Positions 1 to 12,500 of a stretch of 64,000 nt of DNA are shown in pieces (within the stretch, counting starts at the first letter, position 1; each line of letters begins with the position of its first letter). The notes under the pieces were generated by a model, which was given only the letters and a program-made list of their open reading frames with translations, was not told where the DNA came from and searched no databases. This DNA comes from Lepidodermella squamata (taxonomy: Eukaryota > Animalia > Gastrotricha). Both the position numbers and the translations under genes were made by a program. Location of the stretch: assembly GCA_047495785.1 (NCBI GenBank), contig JBLDXI010000048.1, forward strand, positions 310,001 to 374,000. The letters run 5' to 3'.

Positions 1-1352
1 TTCCAAGCCATTAGGTGTTGAGATGTAGTGACCAAGTCATGATCCCTCCTTCTTTTTTAGTTCAAGCTTGAAGTCAATAATATCCAACTTCTTGAACATG
101 ATTTTCCCTTGTTTGTATGACTGTTTATTTTCAAATAAAAGAAGTGAGACGCAAGAAAAAATATGGTGTTTTCTCTTGCAATGTTTCGAAATTTGTTTTG
201 TAATTAAATTTACTGTATTGCTGAATGGATTGCTGAAATGTTGCTGAATTAATCGAACCCAAAATCATCAATACTCCATTTTTCTAGTGTATGAATCACC
301 TTATCAGTATTTTCTCATTTGTAAGCACAGGAAATATCATAAATTTGTATGATTTCATTAATACCTGAGTTCGCAGCACGAGCTTGGGTTATCGGAGCGA
401 ATCGCGGCTGAGATAACCAAATCGATGCGGAGAATCCATATATGAATGAATTACTAGTTTGATATTTTACAACCTTTTAATGGAATTGAGTTCAATTTCT
501 TTTCAAATTACACCCACCATCGAATATCCACGATTTTGCCAAACAAATAAACAAATGTACCGGAGACGTTTGAAGGTAGCGACAGAAAGCATATCAAAAT
601 GTGATAAATGATATGACCAATCACAAAGACTCACATAATAATACATTTTTATTAATAAATGTAAAATGATTCATGCTAATCCGTGATTCACTGCCGGCAC
701 GCGCCTGTTCCACCGCTTCAATATGATTGCGGTTGATTTATAATCATTATTGTTATAGCTGCCCGACGTATGATTTTTTTTGTATTTCCCATTCAAAGTT
801 TAACATTCATTCCTTAACAACACATTTTTTCATTAGCAATCAATATTTTATCGAAACCACTAATTCATCGCAATATTACAGCACCACATCAGAGCCCATG
901 ATGGAAAATTATGATATCATATAGAAACTAGGATATGCTTGTCCCAAAAGTTGCGCAGCCATTTTGTTTAATTTTTGAGGAAATTCAACTAGTAATTTTT
1001 CTCTAATTGAACATGCCGAGATCTTCCATCCTTTATCCGCGATTTTATCGAAGACATTGAAGAATTTAACGGAGGAACCTTAATTGAAAAAACCCCTGAT
1101 TTGATAGTTTCGGTATTGTTTCCTGTAGGATCAGACTTCTCCGGATCTTTTTTAATCCGGATCATTGGCAAGTGCTTGATTACTATTCTCCTATTTTCCT
1201 GACCATGAATAGTGCTGAACCCCTTTTTATTTTACTTATTTAAATGGCTCGAAATATTCTGCTATGCCGAGCATTAATCTGCTGATTAATTAATTTTTTG
1301 ATATATATCAGCAGTTTTTTAGTTTGAACAAACATACCATTTCTTTATCACA

Positions 1353-2348
1353 ATGGGTTCAAGCAGAAGCCGTCCTGTCATTGAGTATCGAGTTCCGCCT
1401 GAAATTACGGTAAGGTTTCTACGACTTCTCTAGATATTTCCCTGACTATTTTACTACTAGGCCATGATGGAGCGGCTTAACGCCCAAATAGCGGAACTGG
1501 AGAACTTAATGGCCAGTAAAGTTGAAGAAACTGTGAAGCAAAAGTTGATGGAGGAGAAGCAACGCATCGAGGCTGTGAAAGAGAAGAAGCGCAAGCGAAT
1601 GGAGGCCGAAATCATAAGCAAGGCGAAAGAATTCGGCTTCAATGTCGACAACTTCAACTTCGCCATAATCGGGCTAGCCGGGGTCGGCAAGTCAAGCCTT
1701 ATCAACGCCTTGGTTCCAGGCGCCAACGCCCTAACCAGTGTTGTGGAGGGCACAATGAAACCGGAGCCTTACCGCAGCAGTGCTAAGAACGCGGAAAACA
1801 CCGTGTTCTGGGACGTGCCTGGTTCGGCAACAGAGAAGCATCCTGTCGCGAATTACTACGCTGACAACTTCCTGTACCTGATGGATTCGTTGATCATTGT
1901 GACTGGCACTCGCCTGTCTGAATTTGACGTTGGGTTTGCGAAAGAAGCGATTCGACATGGCCAAAGAGTTGTTTTCGTGAGGTCGAAGGCTGATTCGGAT
2001 CTGGTCAACGATTGCCACGACACGGAGAAGAAAGATTGGGAGGACTGTCCTGTCAACGAGCGAAGACGCGTGGCCGACAACGTCAGAAACAAAATCAAGA
2101 CCAACTACAGAGACCAATTTCTGGAACACAACGTTGCGAGAATGAAGGATGGCTCAGAGGTTCCGTTTTACTTCATCAGTTCGCGGACCGTCAAGCAAAT
2201 CATTGAAGGCGTTGAAGCCAGCCGATGCAAGTGGCCATTGTTGGATGAGAAGAAGCTGTTGAAGGAGTTGCACAACGGGCTCAAGAAAGACGGTGCTTTG
2301 CGAAGTTTAGGTGATTTCGTCCTTTCTAAGATGGCCTGGGAAGATTGA
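1353..2348 (+). CDS. Immunity-related GTPase (IRG/IIGP-like) 1; 2 exons (1353-1409, 1461-2348)
   Basis: G1 GLAGVGKS, G3 WDVPG, G4 RSKAD, G5-like ISS, with a coiled coil before the G domain. A 51-nt GT-AG intron joins an upstream exon starting MGSSRS (N-myristoylation consensus MGxxxS) in frame. Confidence 0.85.
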
Positions 2349-2744
2349 TTTTTGCTTTACTACCGTGTTGTGACTCTTCAACATTCGAGGAAATTCTGTC
2401 AGCTCCGTTTATTCACTAGCCGTTATGAATAAATACTTGTAAATAAATGCTTATGCGTTCTCCCGATTTTGTTCTTGAAAATAAATGCTGAGTGGCAAAA
2501 CATTTCTGCGTTTCGAAAATGAGGTTTATAAAATGAGTTCTCCTTTCACCGGAACCGAATAATTAATCGAAAATTAATCGTTGAACGGAACCTAATTTTC
2601 TAAATTCTGATATTTCTCTCTGGTTAAGATTGGCCGTGAAAATTCTGAAACAATCACCAGTGTGCGTATCCTTTTCGAGTCCCAGGATGTCAAGTCCTAA
2701 TTATCCCTCGTAGTTATGACTCAAAAATGAAAAACCAGTCGCCT

Positions 2745-2787
2745 AATCCGACATGTTTCAGCTTTTATTCAGCCATCTTCAGGGTCT
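2745..2787 (-). ncRNA. Minimal hammerhead motif, mirror copy in the left arm
   Basis: Reverse complement of 5521-5563. Confidence 0.75.
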
Positions 2788-2945
2788 GACAACAAGTAAG
2801 GAAATCAACAATCAAGTTTCGAGACTAATATTAAAACAAGTTTACCAATTTTGTCACCAATCGTTTTTTTCGTGTAATTATCAAAAATTAATCAAAAGAA
2901 TCAAAAACAGAAATCATGATCTATTAAAATAAATTGTATGAGTAA

Positions 2946-4145
2946 TTATTTGTTACAGTAGTTATTAAGGCTAGGGTTAAGAGCTTGGATAAATAGTTTT
3001 TCAGTACGAAGTAAACGATAAGGTAATTTACAATGATGTAGGATCTGAGTAGAGAACGGCGGATCAGATTTAGTACAGGTTTTGAAGTGTTCCCCAATGG
3101 TGCCATCTTTAGTTTTATTAGTAGCGTAACAGTGTTGTGTAGTACGGTATGCGACAGGTTGGCTCGTGCAGCCAATGTAGATTTCTTGGCAGGTATTGCA
3201 TGTTTGTTGATAGATGGTGTGTTGTATAGGACACAATGAGGTAGATTTCTTGGATAGGCCACATAAGCAACCCCAGCATTTGTAGTTAGTATGTAAGTAA
3301 TCACCAAAGCGTGTAGTAAAAACTAGTTTGAGAGGTGTGGATTTCCAGCATAGCTGGATATCTCTTTGAAAGAACGACGTTAGTTTTTTAACTGGTTCTC
3401 TAAGTGCATTCACAATGTCTTCGCCAAGGTACGGTAATGATAGTCGAGCAATGTTAGTTTTTTTGGTTTTTACCTGTTTTGGAGATATCACGAGGCGAAT
3501 CATTTGTTCAATGAGATCAGCTTCATAGCCACTATTTTTGGCAATGGTTCTAAATTCATTAGTAGCCTTTAGCCATAGAGACTGGTGAGAGTATGAAATC
3601 ATACGTTTAGCGGTATTATACAGAGCATTCTTTTTTACAGTATTAGTGTGGAAAGAGCTAGCCAATAAAATATGATTAGGTGCCATAGATTTACGGTAGA
3701 ATTTGTACAGTAGGAAGCCATTCTCAATATATACAGTAGTGTCTAAGAAGTTGATCATTTTTGGACCAATTTCCAACGTGTATTTCACATCATTGTCCAC
3801 CTTATTAACCGTGTTATTATAAAAGGATTCAAGAGAGCGCTGGTTACCTTTCCATAAGCAAAATACGTCATCCACAAATCTTTTCCATCCTAAAATGTTT
3901 TTAGCTAGTGGAGCTTTGAACATTTTTTCTTCTAAAAAGAATATGTACAGTTCAGCTAGACACGGTGACGCATGTCCTCCCATCGGTACACCCTTGATTT
4001 GACGAAACCAAAAACCGTTAAAACGTACGTAGACATTATCAATCCATAGTCCAATCATGTCAAGAATTTGTGAGGTACTGAGTCCCAACGTGTTGATGTT
4101 CTTACCATCTACACTAGGAACTTGGTCAAGAAGGTGTTTACACAT
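2946..4145 (-). CDS. Penelope RT (C-terminal half, thumb) plus GIY-YIG endonuclease, 5'-truncated, left arm
   Basis: QIKGVPMGGHASP, RFVDD, INFLD, Cys-rich linker, IYQQTCNTCQEIYIGCT...R...H and the terminal NPSLN. The N-terminal RT motifs are missing. Confidence 0.9.
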   Translation of the reverse strand: MCKHLLDQVPSVDGKNINTLGLSTSQILDMIGLWIDNVYVRFNGFWFRQIKGVPMGGHASPCLAELYIFFLEEKMFKAPLAKNILGWKRFVDDVFCLWKGNQRSLESFYNNTVNKVDNDVKYTLEIGPKMINFLDTTVYIENGFLLYKFYRKSMAPNHILLASSFHTNTVKKNALYNTAKRMISYSHQSLWLKATNEFRTIAKNSGYEADLIEQMIRLVISPKQVKTKKTNIARLSLPYLGEDIVNALREPVKKLTSFFQRDIQLCWKSTPLKLVFTTRFGDYLHTNYKCWGCLCGLSKKSTSLCPIQHTIYQQTCNTCQEIYIGCTSQPVAYRTTQHCYATNKTKDGTIGEHFKTCTKSDPPFSTQILHHCKLPYRLLRTEKLFIQALNPSLNNYCNK

Positions 4146-4162
4146 GTCAAGAAGACCTTGAC

Positions 4163-5362
4163 ATGTGTAAACACCTTCTTGACCAAGTTCCTAGTGTAGA
4201 TGGTAAGAACATCAACACGTTGGGACTCAGTACCTCACAAATTCTTGACATGATTGGACTATGGATTGATAATGTCTACGTACGTTTTAACGGTTTTTGG
4301 TTTCGTCAAATCAAGGGTGTACCGATGGGAGGACATGCGTCACCGTGTCTAGCTGAACTGTACATATTCTTTTTAGAAGAAAAAATGTTCAAAGCTCCAC
4401 TAGCTAAAAACATTTTAGGATGGAAAAGATTTGTGGATGACGTATTTTGCTTATGGAAAGGTAACCAGCGCTCTCTTGAATCCTTTTATAATAACACGGT
4501 TAATAAGGTGGACAATGATGTGAAATACACGTTGGAAATTGGTCCAAAAATGATCAACTTCTTAGACACTACTGTATATATTGAGAATGGCTTCCTACTG
4601 TACAAATTCTACCGTAAATCTATGGCACCTAATCATATTTTATTGGCTAGCTCTTTCCACACTAATACTGTAAAAAAGAATGCTCTGTATAATACCGCTA
4701 AACGTATGATTTCATACTCTCACCAGTCTCTATGGCTAAAGGCTACTAATGAATTTAGAACCATTGCCAAAAATAGTGGCTATGAAGCTGATCTCATTGA
4801 ACAAATGATTCGCCTCGTGATATCTCCAAAACAGGTAAAAACCAAAAAAACTAACATTGCTCGACTATCATTACCGTACCTTGGCGAAGACATTGTGAAT
4901 GCACTTAGAGAACCAGTTAAAAAACTAACGTCGTTCTTTCAAAGAGATATCCAGCTATGCTGGAAATCCACACCTCTCAAACTAGTTTTTACTACACGCT
5001 TTGGTGATTACTTACATACTAACTACAAATGCTGGGGTTGCTTATGTGGCCTATCCAAGAAATCTACCTCATTGTGTCCTATACAACACACCATCTATCA
5101 ACAAACATGCAATACCTGCCAAGAAATCTACATTGGCTGCACGAGCCAACCTGTCGCATACCGTACTACACAACACTGTTACGCTACTAATAAAACTAAA
5201 GATGGCACCATTGGGGAACACTTCAAAACCTGTACTAAATCTGATCCGCCGTTCTCTACTCAGATCCTACATCATTGTAAATTACCTTATCGTTTACTTC
5301 GTACTGAAAAACTATTTATCCAAGCTCTTAACCCTAGCCTTAATAACTACTGTAACAAATAA
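4163..5362 (+). CDS. Penelope RT plus GIY-YIG endonuclease, 5'-truncated, right arm
   Basis: Translation is identical to the left-arm ORF (399 aa). Confidence 0.9.
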   Translation: MCKHLLDQVPSVDGKNINTLGLSTSQILDMIGLWIDNVYVRFNGFWFRQIKGVPMGGHASPCLAELYIFFLEEKMFKAPLAKNILGWKRFVDDVFCLWKGNQRSLESFYNNTVNKVDNDVKYTLEIGPKMINFLDTTVYIENGFLLYKFYRKSMAPNHILLASSFHTNTVKKNALYNTAKRMISYSHQSLWLKATNEFRTIAKNSGYEADLIEQMIRLVISPKQVKTKKTNIARLSLPYLGEDIVNALREPVKKLTSFFQRDIQLCWKSTPLKLVFTTRFGDYLHTNYKCWGCLCGLSKKSTSLCPIQHTIYQQTCNTCQEIYIGCTSQPVAYRTTQHCYATNKTKDGTIGEHFKTCTKSDPPFSTQILHHCKLPYRLLRTEKLFIQALNPSLNNYCNK

Positions 5363-5520
5363 TTACTCATACAATTTATTTTAATAGATCATGATTTCTG
5401 TTTTTGATTCTTTTGATTAATTTTTGATAATTACACGAAAAAAACGATTGGTGACAAAATTGGTAAACTTGTTTTAATATTAGTCTCGAAACTTGATTGT
5501 TGATTTCCTTACTTGTTGTC

Positions 5521-5563
5521 AGACCCTGAAGATGGCTGAATAAAAGCTGAAACATGTCGGATT
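5521..5563 (+). ncRNA. Minimal type I hammerhead ribozyme motif in the Penelope 3' region
   Basis: CUGAAGA (5526-5532), stem II GGCU/AGCU, GAAAC (5549-5553), palindromic ACAUGU stem III, GUC cleavage triplet, short CC/GG stem I. Minimal hammerheads are established in PLE pLTRs. Confidence 0.75.
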
Positions 5564-6295
5564 AGGCGACTGGTTTTTCATTTTTGAGTCATAATTATGA
5601 TATCGCTTTTCCATCAAATCCTACGACTAAAAATTGAATATCCCTCGTAGGTTTGTCAGTAAATATCTGATTTAGGAATCGACTAGAGCAGCGAATCAAA
5701 TCAAGCTATCAATAATTCAAGCCACCGACCGAATTTGTATCATAAAGCCTAGGCACAATGAAATTTTGATCAATTTTGATTGATTTTTACATGCATAAAA
5801 AATAATTCACTAGCGGATCGCAGGACAGAAATGTTTCATTACGGAGTCATAGCAACGATCAATTGACCAATCAGCGTGCAAAGTTGAAGTCAAAGTTCAA
5901 CTTTTTTGTGGTTCCACAACCGTGACGGTCATAATCAAACAAACGTTGGAGCTGTGGAACGTGCCAGCTGTGAATCACGATAAAAATGAATCATTTGAAT
6001 CGCATGGTTCTGGATGGAAGAAATTGCACGCGCCGTTTACTAGTTGCTTGATTTTTTGCAGAAATAGTTGAATGATTTGAGGCGTAAGCGTAGCAAAAGA
6101 ATTCAATACTTTTAAAGCAAGAGAAGCGCTTTTTATTTGAACATCAACGAAAGCAAGAAACCTCATTACTCGTTCAATCGATATTTCGTAATCGAAATTT
6201 TAATTCATGTCACAGTGCTCAGAGATTGTTTTAGGTTATAAATACCTGTATATAAATGAATATGCCTTTTCGATGTTTAGACCATTGATTTTAAG

Positions 6296-7311
6296 ATGGA
6301 TTTTGTCAAGGGCTTGATTGTCCCTGCCGTGGCGGAAGTAATCAGATTGTTGGTGCCCCGCTCAGAAGCTAAAGCACCTGTTCAGGTTGTGGTGAGTTTT
6401 ATTCATCATTTCTCAGCTTAGAAGTCAGCATATCTTCTTCTTCTGGACAGGACATGACGCCGCAGCTTCGGGCAATGCAGCAGCAGTTGGAGCATCTGCA
6501 GTTGATGATGCAAATTTCCAGAGATAAGGAAGTTACCAGCCGGCTGCAAAAAGAGAAAGAGGAGAAGCTGGCGGCACGGGAGGCTGAGCGACGACGCGCA
6601 CAGGAAGAACTTCGGCGCAAGGCGAAATCGCACAACCTTGATACGAGCAAGTTCAACTTCGCGATCATCGGCGCGGCTGGCAACGGCAAATCAACTCTGC
6701 TCAACGCATTTCTTCGCCAAAACGTAGCAGTTGGAGTGGTCGAGACGACGGAGAAGCCATCGCAGTTCGTGAGCTCCTTCAACCCGTCGTTCATTTTCTG
6801 GGACCATCCTGGAGCCGCGACTCTGAAGCATCCCGTTGCCGAGTATTACCTCGACAATTTCCTGTATTTCATGGACGCGTTGATCATCGTGACTGGCACC
6901 CGGCTGTCACAGTTCGACATTGAATTCGGCCTTCAGGCTATCAATAACGGCCAAGAGTGCATTTTCGTTCGCTCGAAGTCTGATGTGGACCTGGACAACG
7001 AGGCGCACGACAAGTATGGTGGGAAGAAATTTTGCGAACTTGACGAATCGACCCGCGAGCGTTTGAAGAATGATGTCGCCCAACGAGTCAGATCGGACCA
7101 CGAGCGCCAGCTCAGTGAGAACAGACTCGGTTCGGCCAAGTTCTACTACGTCAGCGGCCGCGTGCTGAGGCGGATGTTGGACTTCGAAGCCACTTCAGAA
7201 CTGCAGTACCCGATCATCGACGAGCAGTTGTTCCTGCAGTCTCTGGTCGAGGACGCTCGCCGGAACAGAGGCGTCGCCATCGATACGTTCCAGCTGCCCG
7301 AGTCAGCTTGA
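6296..7311 (+). CDS. IRG/IIGP-like GTPase 2; 2 exons (6296-6391, 6451-7311)
   Basis: GAAGNGKS, WDHPG, RSKSD. Clear paralog of GTPase 1 (shared KHPVAxYYxDNFLYxMD, IIVTGTRLS). A 59-nt phase-0 intron lies at the equivalent position. Exon 1 encodes MDFVKGLIVPAVAEVIRLLV, which looks amphipathic. Confidence 0.85.
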
Positions 7312-8189
7312 ACACGAGGAAGAGTCATCTATAAGCAATTCGTCTTATGGAATTGTCATGCGTAGAGATTCGATGAACTTGAACTTGAACGTTGTTGTCT
7401 CTGTATTGAAGCCTTTGATTCTCGAATGAAAGAAGTGGAATAAAGCTGTTTGTTAAACATTTTTTTTTGTTAATTCAATTCAAAAGAAGTGAACAACAGT
7501 TTAGATTTTCATATACCGAGAACTTTATTGAACAATTTCGAAGAAAAACATATTCTGCACCAGGGTGTTTCAATGTTTCCCGGAAAACTATCCAAGGTTC
7601 CAGGCAGAGGAGGTTTCCAGAAAACAAAAAAATTTCAAGTAGCCAAATTTTTGAACATCTTGCTAGATTCCTCACCTCAGACTACCCGAAAAAATCTCAA
7701 CTTCGCATAAGAAAATAACAGCAGAATTTATTGCGGGACGAAATATTTAAATAATGCAATAAAATATTATTTTTTTAAAACGCACATTTTCAGGAAATTA
7801 AAAATGTTCACCCGCACACTTTGAAGGCGATTTTCTTAGCAACCCTGATGGCTATCGACGTCTGTTTGATATCGTTCGACTCCTCGTTCATTAATCTTGA
7901 ACGCGGCATCATAATCTCACGATGTCAAAAATATCGCCAAACCCCACTTATCAATTGTTTCCAGTCATTTCATACTAGCTTTACTCGAGAATTGGTGATA
8001 AGATATATCATGAATCCTGAAAGAAACCAGATTTTAACATTTTAAAATTGGCAGGATTCATTGATGAATATTCAAATTACAAAGCTGCTCTTAATTATAG
8101 GTATTCATATTGGTACCAGCTAAAACATTCGAAGACATTTTGGAAATATTTTTCTGAATTTCACTATTTTGTTCTGACCAACCAGCGAA

Positions 8190-9540
8190 CACCCCGGCAC
8201 GGCTGGCCCTCGACTCGGGCTACTCACAAGCCCGGCTGGCCCTCTACCTGGGTGATGTACCAAGTAATCAATCAAATCTTACTTTAGCACAGATCCGCAC
8301 AAAAGCCCGAACCCTAAGCGCTCCGTTTCGTGACGTTAGGGCGGGGGCCTTGAGCAAGCCCACTCGGCGCGAATCTATAAACTTTAATGAATCGAACCCA
8401 CCCACACCCGGACCCTAGTACTCTGTTTCGGATATTAGGGAGGGGCCTGAAACAAGCCCTTTCGGCGTGGCTCTGGGTTTGGATTTCGAGATCGAGGACC
8501 AGTCTAGGCTACAATCCTTGGAGGCCCAGCCCTGGACGATTTGCTATCAGAGCGTTCAGCGACGACCCTAAAAAGTCCGCATGGCTCTAGGTCGAGTGTA
8601 CTGATGACGACTCGGAAGATTCGGTCTAAAAGTTGAATTTAAAATTTTTTACATCGCTCCTTTTCTTTAGCTTATCGACGTTTATACAACTGGCGCTGGA
8701 TCTGGAACATGTGAGCATGGCTAAGATTTTTCTTTACTTTTGTATCGAACAAGTATTTAATCTAAGCCTTTTATTTTTCGGTAGGAAATGTATGAGGGTG
8801 CCCACTTAGACGTTCAGGGTCTCAATTTTTCCAACACACTCAAACACGCAACGGGCGTCGGTAAAACGAACACATGGGTTAAGCACAGTAAATTTGGCGA
8901 CATGATGTCAAGCGCGTCTGATCCAATTTATTGGCTCAGGTCAGTCTGTGATCCCCCGATTACAGTGACGCTGGAGGGGCGACTTTGATTTGCCCGATCG
9001 GCGCGGCTCTCTGAGCCAAATGCCCCAGTAGGTTAGGGGGGGCTATTTTGTTCTTAAACTCTTTATATTTTGGACAAATTTGTATATGAAAACGGTCTAT
9101 TTGAATAGCGCCACTTATCGGTACCACTTTGGAACCTTCTCGAATAAATTTCAAATATTCTTCCAAGGGCCCAAAAATCGAACTTTGTAAAAACCCGAAA
9201 CTCGAACCAACCCTAAACCTAACCCTAACCCTAATTCCTAATCATCGTTTGGCTTAAAAAATACGATTTTATGAAAAAAATATGTACGAAAGGCAATTTC
9301 GCAGTATTTTCGTATGAAAGAACACTTTGTTTTATTCAATTCAATTATTTAATTTTCTGGCTCGAGAAATTTTCGAATTTTAACATTTTTCAAGGTCTGC
9401 ATATATTATGTTCTCGCCATCTGGGTCAAAATTGAAACTAGGTGACGCCTTTTTAAAGAATTCCATCAACGGACGCATGTAACAATTTATTTGAGACAAA
9501 CGGCTAATGGGCACCACTTATCGGTACCACTCTGGAACCG
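8190..9540. repeat. Degenerate repeat region: approx. 100-bp tandem duplication, 26-bp direct repeat and CCCTAA-like tract
   Basis: 8305-8370 resembles 8408-8468. ccacttatcggtaccactYtggaacc occurs at 9111 and 9514. ccctaaacctaaccctaaccctaattcctaa lies at about 9211-9241. Confidence 0.45.
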
Positions 9541-12500
9541 CTTTGATAATTAACACTACCTACAACAGCAATCCAGCGCTCATCATCGATGAAGAGAAGC
9601 CCTGTGTAAAAATGAGATTCGAGTGCAGCCGCTTTCACCGAAAATGGGTTCGCGTTTTATTACATGCCTAGGCATCATCATCATCAATTAACAAGAAGCG
9701 CTTCAGGTGCGCGCGCTCAAGTGCGCCATTATATACGCGCGCGCGGCTAATTGCGCGCGGGACTACAACGGCGGGTCGCGCGCACAAAGACGCAGCGCCA
9801 TCGTCATCGAAAGGCGCCCAGCAAGTAGTCCTTGATGTGTTTGTTGAACACGATAGCATATCCATGTACATAAACACAGTAGGTATGCGGTCGGTGATGA
9901 TTTTCCTGGCTGCTGCTATATGATATGTTTGCGATGCTGTGCGTCCCGCGCTTTGACGGCGCGTTTGCGCAGCTCTTAAGCCGCCGCTTTTCCCGCGATC
10001 CACCTCCTCGTCGGCAAATACTTGACGCGATAATCGGCCCGGAAATTTGTGTTTATCCTAGAATTATTGCGCTATGGTATCTGGCCGCTTGGCGCGTGCC
10101 CTTGATAATCATAATAATGATAATAATAATAAGTCGCGTAATTAATTAGCTCTTTCGCTATAACACGCGTGCCTCGAAAGTCATCATCGGCTAAACAATT
10201 GACGGCGATTATTATGCTGATAACGACCCAAGTGACCCATCCTTAGGTGCTCTCTTGTTCCATCTCCTATTTCGAGTATGGAATTCTTATCATACAACAG
10301 GTGTCCTCAATACTGAACAAAATGAATAGAAATATTGCGAATATGAAAAAAATACTCAACAATTTTCAGAATAAACGGCAATATGAAAAATATTGAAAGA
10401 AATAATTTCGAAATGGCAATAAATTAAACGATTGGGTGGAAATTAAGTATCAAAGTGCCGAATTCCCGATCCATTAAGGAACCATTTTTTTAAGCCAAAA
10501 TTGGGGATTTCGGTAATGTTGAGAATTTATTATTTTTCGTTGCCAATATCCTAACTTTTCCTATTAATTCGATGTTCGAGGCGTCTCTTACACCTTTGAA
10601 TCATCTATTGAACTCAAACTTGGGAATACTGGAATTTTAATCGTTAATTTTTGGAATAAAGTAACAAATTCGAAGAAAAGACACAAGGAAATTTCTCGAA
10701 AATCGTCGAGAAAGGAATCTACATTTTTGTTTGAGAAGAAGGAGATCCGAGCCATTATTATACCTCAAATCACATCTCGGCTGGCCGGAAAAATTGTTCG
10801 AAAATTTATTCAAAACAACAGGATAATTTATTCATAATTATCAAGTTATTCCCAATCTCCTTTCTCTTCAGTCATTCCTAATCGATTGGGATCCTAATCA
10901 GGAAAATTTGGAATATTTTGGGAGAATAACTGAAATCTTTATACGTACCAAAAAAGTAGTTGATGTTGATACAAATTCAGATTTTTTTTATTAAAGATTA
11001 ATTTTAGCTTGAAAGAATTTTTCGCGCTGATTTGTTGCGAAAATATTTCGTAGTGGAGATTCGACTTTTTTTACGATTTTTGCGCGCTATCGCATTATCG
11101 CGTGATTTTAAAATTTCCTACCTGATATTCTCATTTCTTACGTTTTGTGTCACCCTGTCACTATATAAGTATCTCAGATTTTGACACCTCCAGCCGAAAT
11201 TTACCGTTGCACTCGCGCGAGCCCTGTCGCTGTATAGCTATAATAAGTATATAGGATGGGTGTAATAGACTCGCGTGACTTGTCGCGCACTTGTCGCGCG
11301 TTCCCACCAGCGCACGTTATTACTGAAACCAATTAACCAGCGCCCTGTCGTCGCTCGCCGTATCAATCGCGTGCGCGCCCGTTTTCGCCCAGTCGCGCGC
11401 GCCCGGTTGCCGAACCCGAAACGGCCTTTTGGCCGAGGCGGGCGCACTCGAAACCTGGCGCGGCGTCATCGCTGCCCCGTTATACAGGTACTCCCGCTCT
11501 CTCTCTGTTTGTTGACAAACAGCTTTGTCAAGAGCGTGTTGTCACAACGCGGTAATGAGTCATCGATATATCATCAGTTGTATTTGCGTATTTAGCTATA
11601 TTATATCGATGGCGAGGCGAAGGCGTCACGTTCGTTCGATCGAGTGAGTGCGCGCTCTCGACGCTAATGGCGTCATTACGGCGCCGAGGCGAAACCGAGG
11701 CGGCGTGTCCCAGTCGCCTTGAGATGCTTCTAGCAGGTGGCGCTCGAGTGCGTGTTCCCATCGACGCGCCGTTTTCAAACACGCAGCAAGGCAAGGTGTT
11801 CACAACGAGACGAGAGCGGGGGCCTCAATTACTTGATTGTTGGCGAGAAGAGCGGCTCGAAAATGCACTACTCACTATAAATTCGTCTCGAGATTCATGC
11901 CGAAAGGTCAAAAACAGATGAAAAAATTAAGACAAATTAAAATGAGTAACAAATGAACTAAAAAGGTGCGTGTAATAAGAACGGAATAGAAAATGTTAAA
12001 AATAAATTATAAAAAAGATAAAAATATATTAATTTCCCATTTTCCCATTTTAATTAAATCAAAAATTGCAAATAAATTATGTAATTAATAAATTAAATTA
12101 TTAAATTGGTTAAAAAAATTGCGGTGCCAATTTTGAAATCCCATCATTTTTGAATTTTTTGATTAGGTACATTTTTCAGTTTCAAAATTGTTTTAGGTTT
12201 ATTAGATATTTTTTGCATTTTTTCCGGTTATTATTCAATATTTTTCAGCGAATTTTGTAAAATTTTATCGAATGACCTATTTCCGGTATTTTTAGCTCAA
12301 ATTAACCGTCAAGCAGTGAATAAATGAATAGCTGATGTAATTCGTGACACATTTTTTGTCGGTCAAGCACCATTACGAGCAATCGAGCGTCGAGATGCAC
12401 CTGACATTAAAGTCATCGCCGTTTAAAATTTCACATCAAAATCTTGGCATAATTTTCTTGTCAATGCACTTGATGATTAGCCGCGAATTATCCGCGTAAT

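Larger units (their letters stand above)
2714..5638. mobile_element. Penelope-like element insertion: two 5'-truncated copies head-to-head forming a 1438-bp-arm palindrome plus a 44-bp tail
   Basis: Arms 2714-4151 and 4157-5594 are reverse complements around a 5-nt loop (aagac). A 12-bp direct repeat tatccctcgtag at 2702-2713 and 5639-5650 flanks the insertion. Both arms encode RT plus GIY-YIG. Confidence 0.93.

Noticed and set aside
2714-5594. Palindrome as a pure assembly or fold-back artefact
   Set aside because: The flanks are unique, a 12-bp TSD and a one-sided tail are present, and a second unrelated insertion at 32.5 kb shows the same architecture. Read-level confirmation is still desirable.
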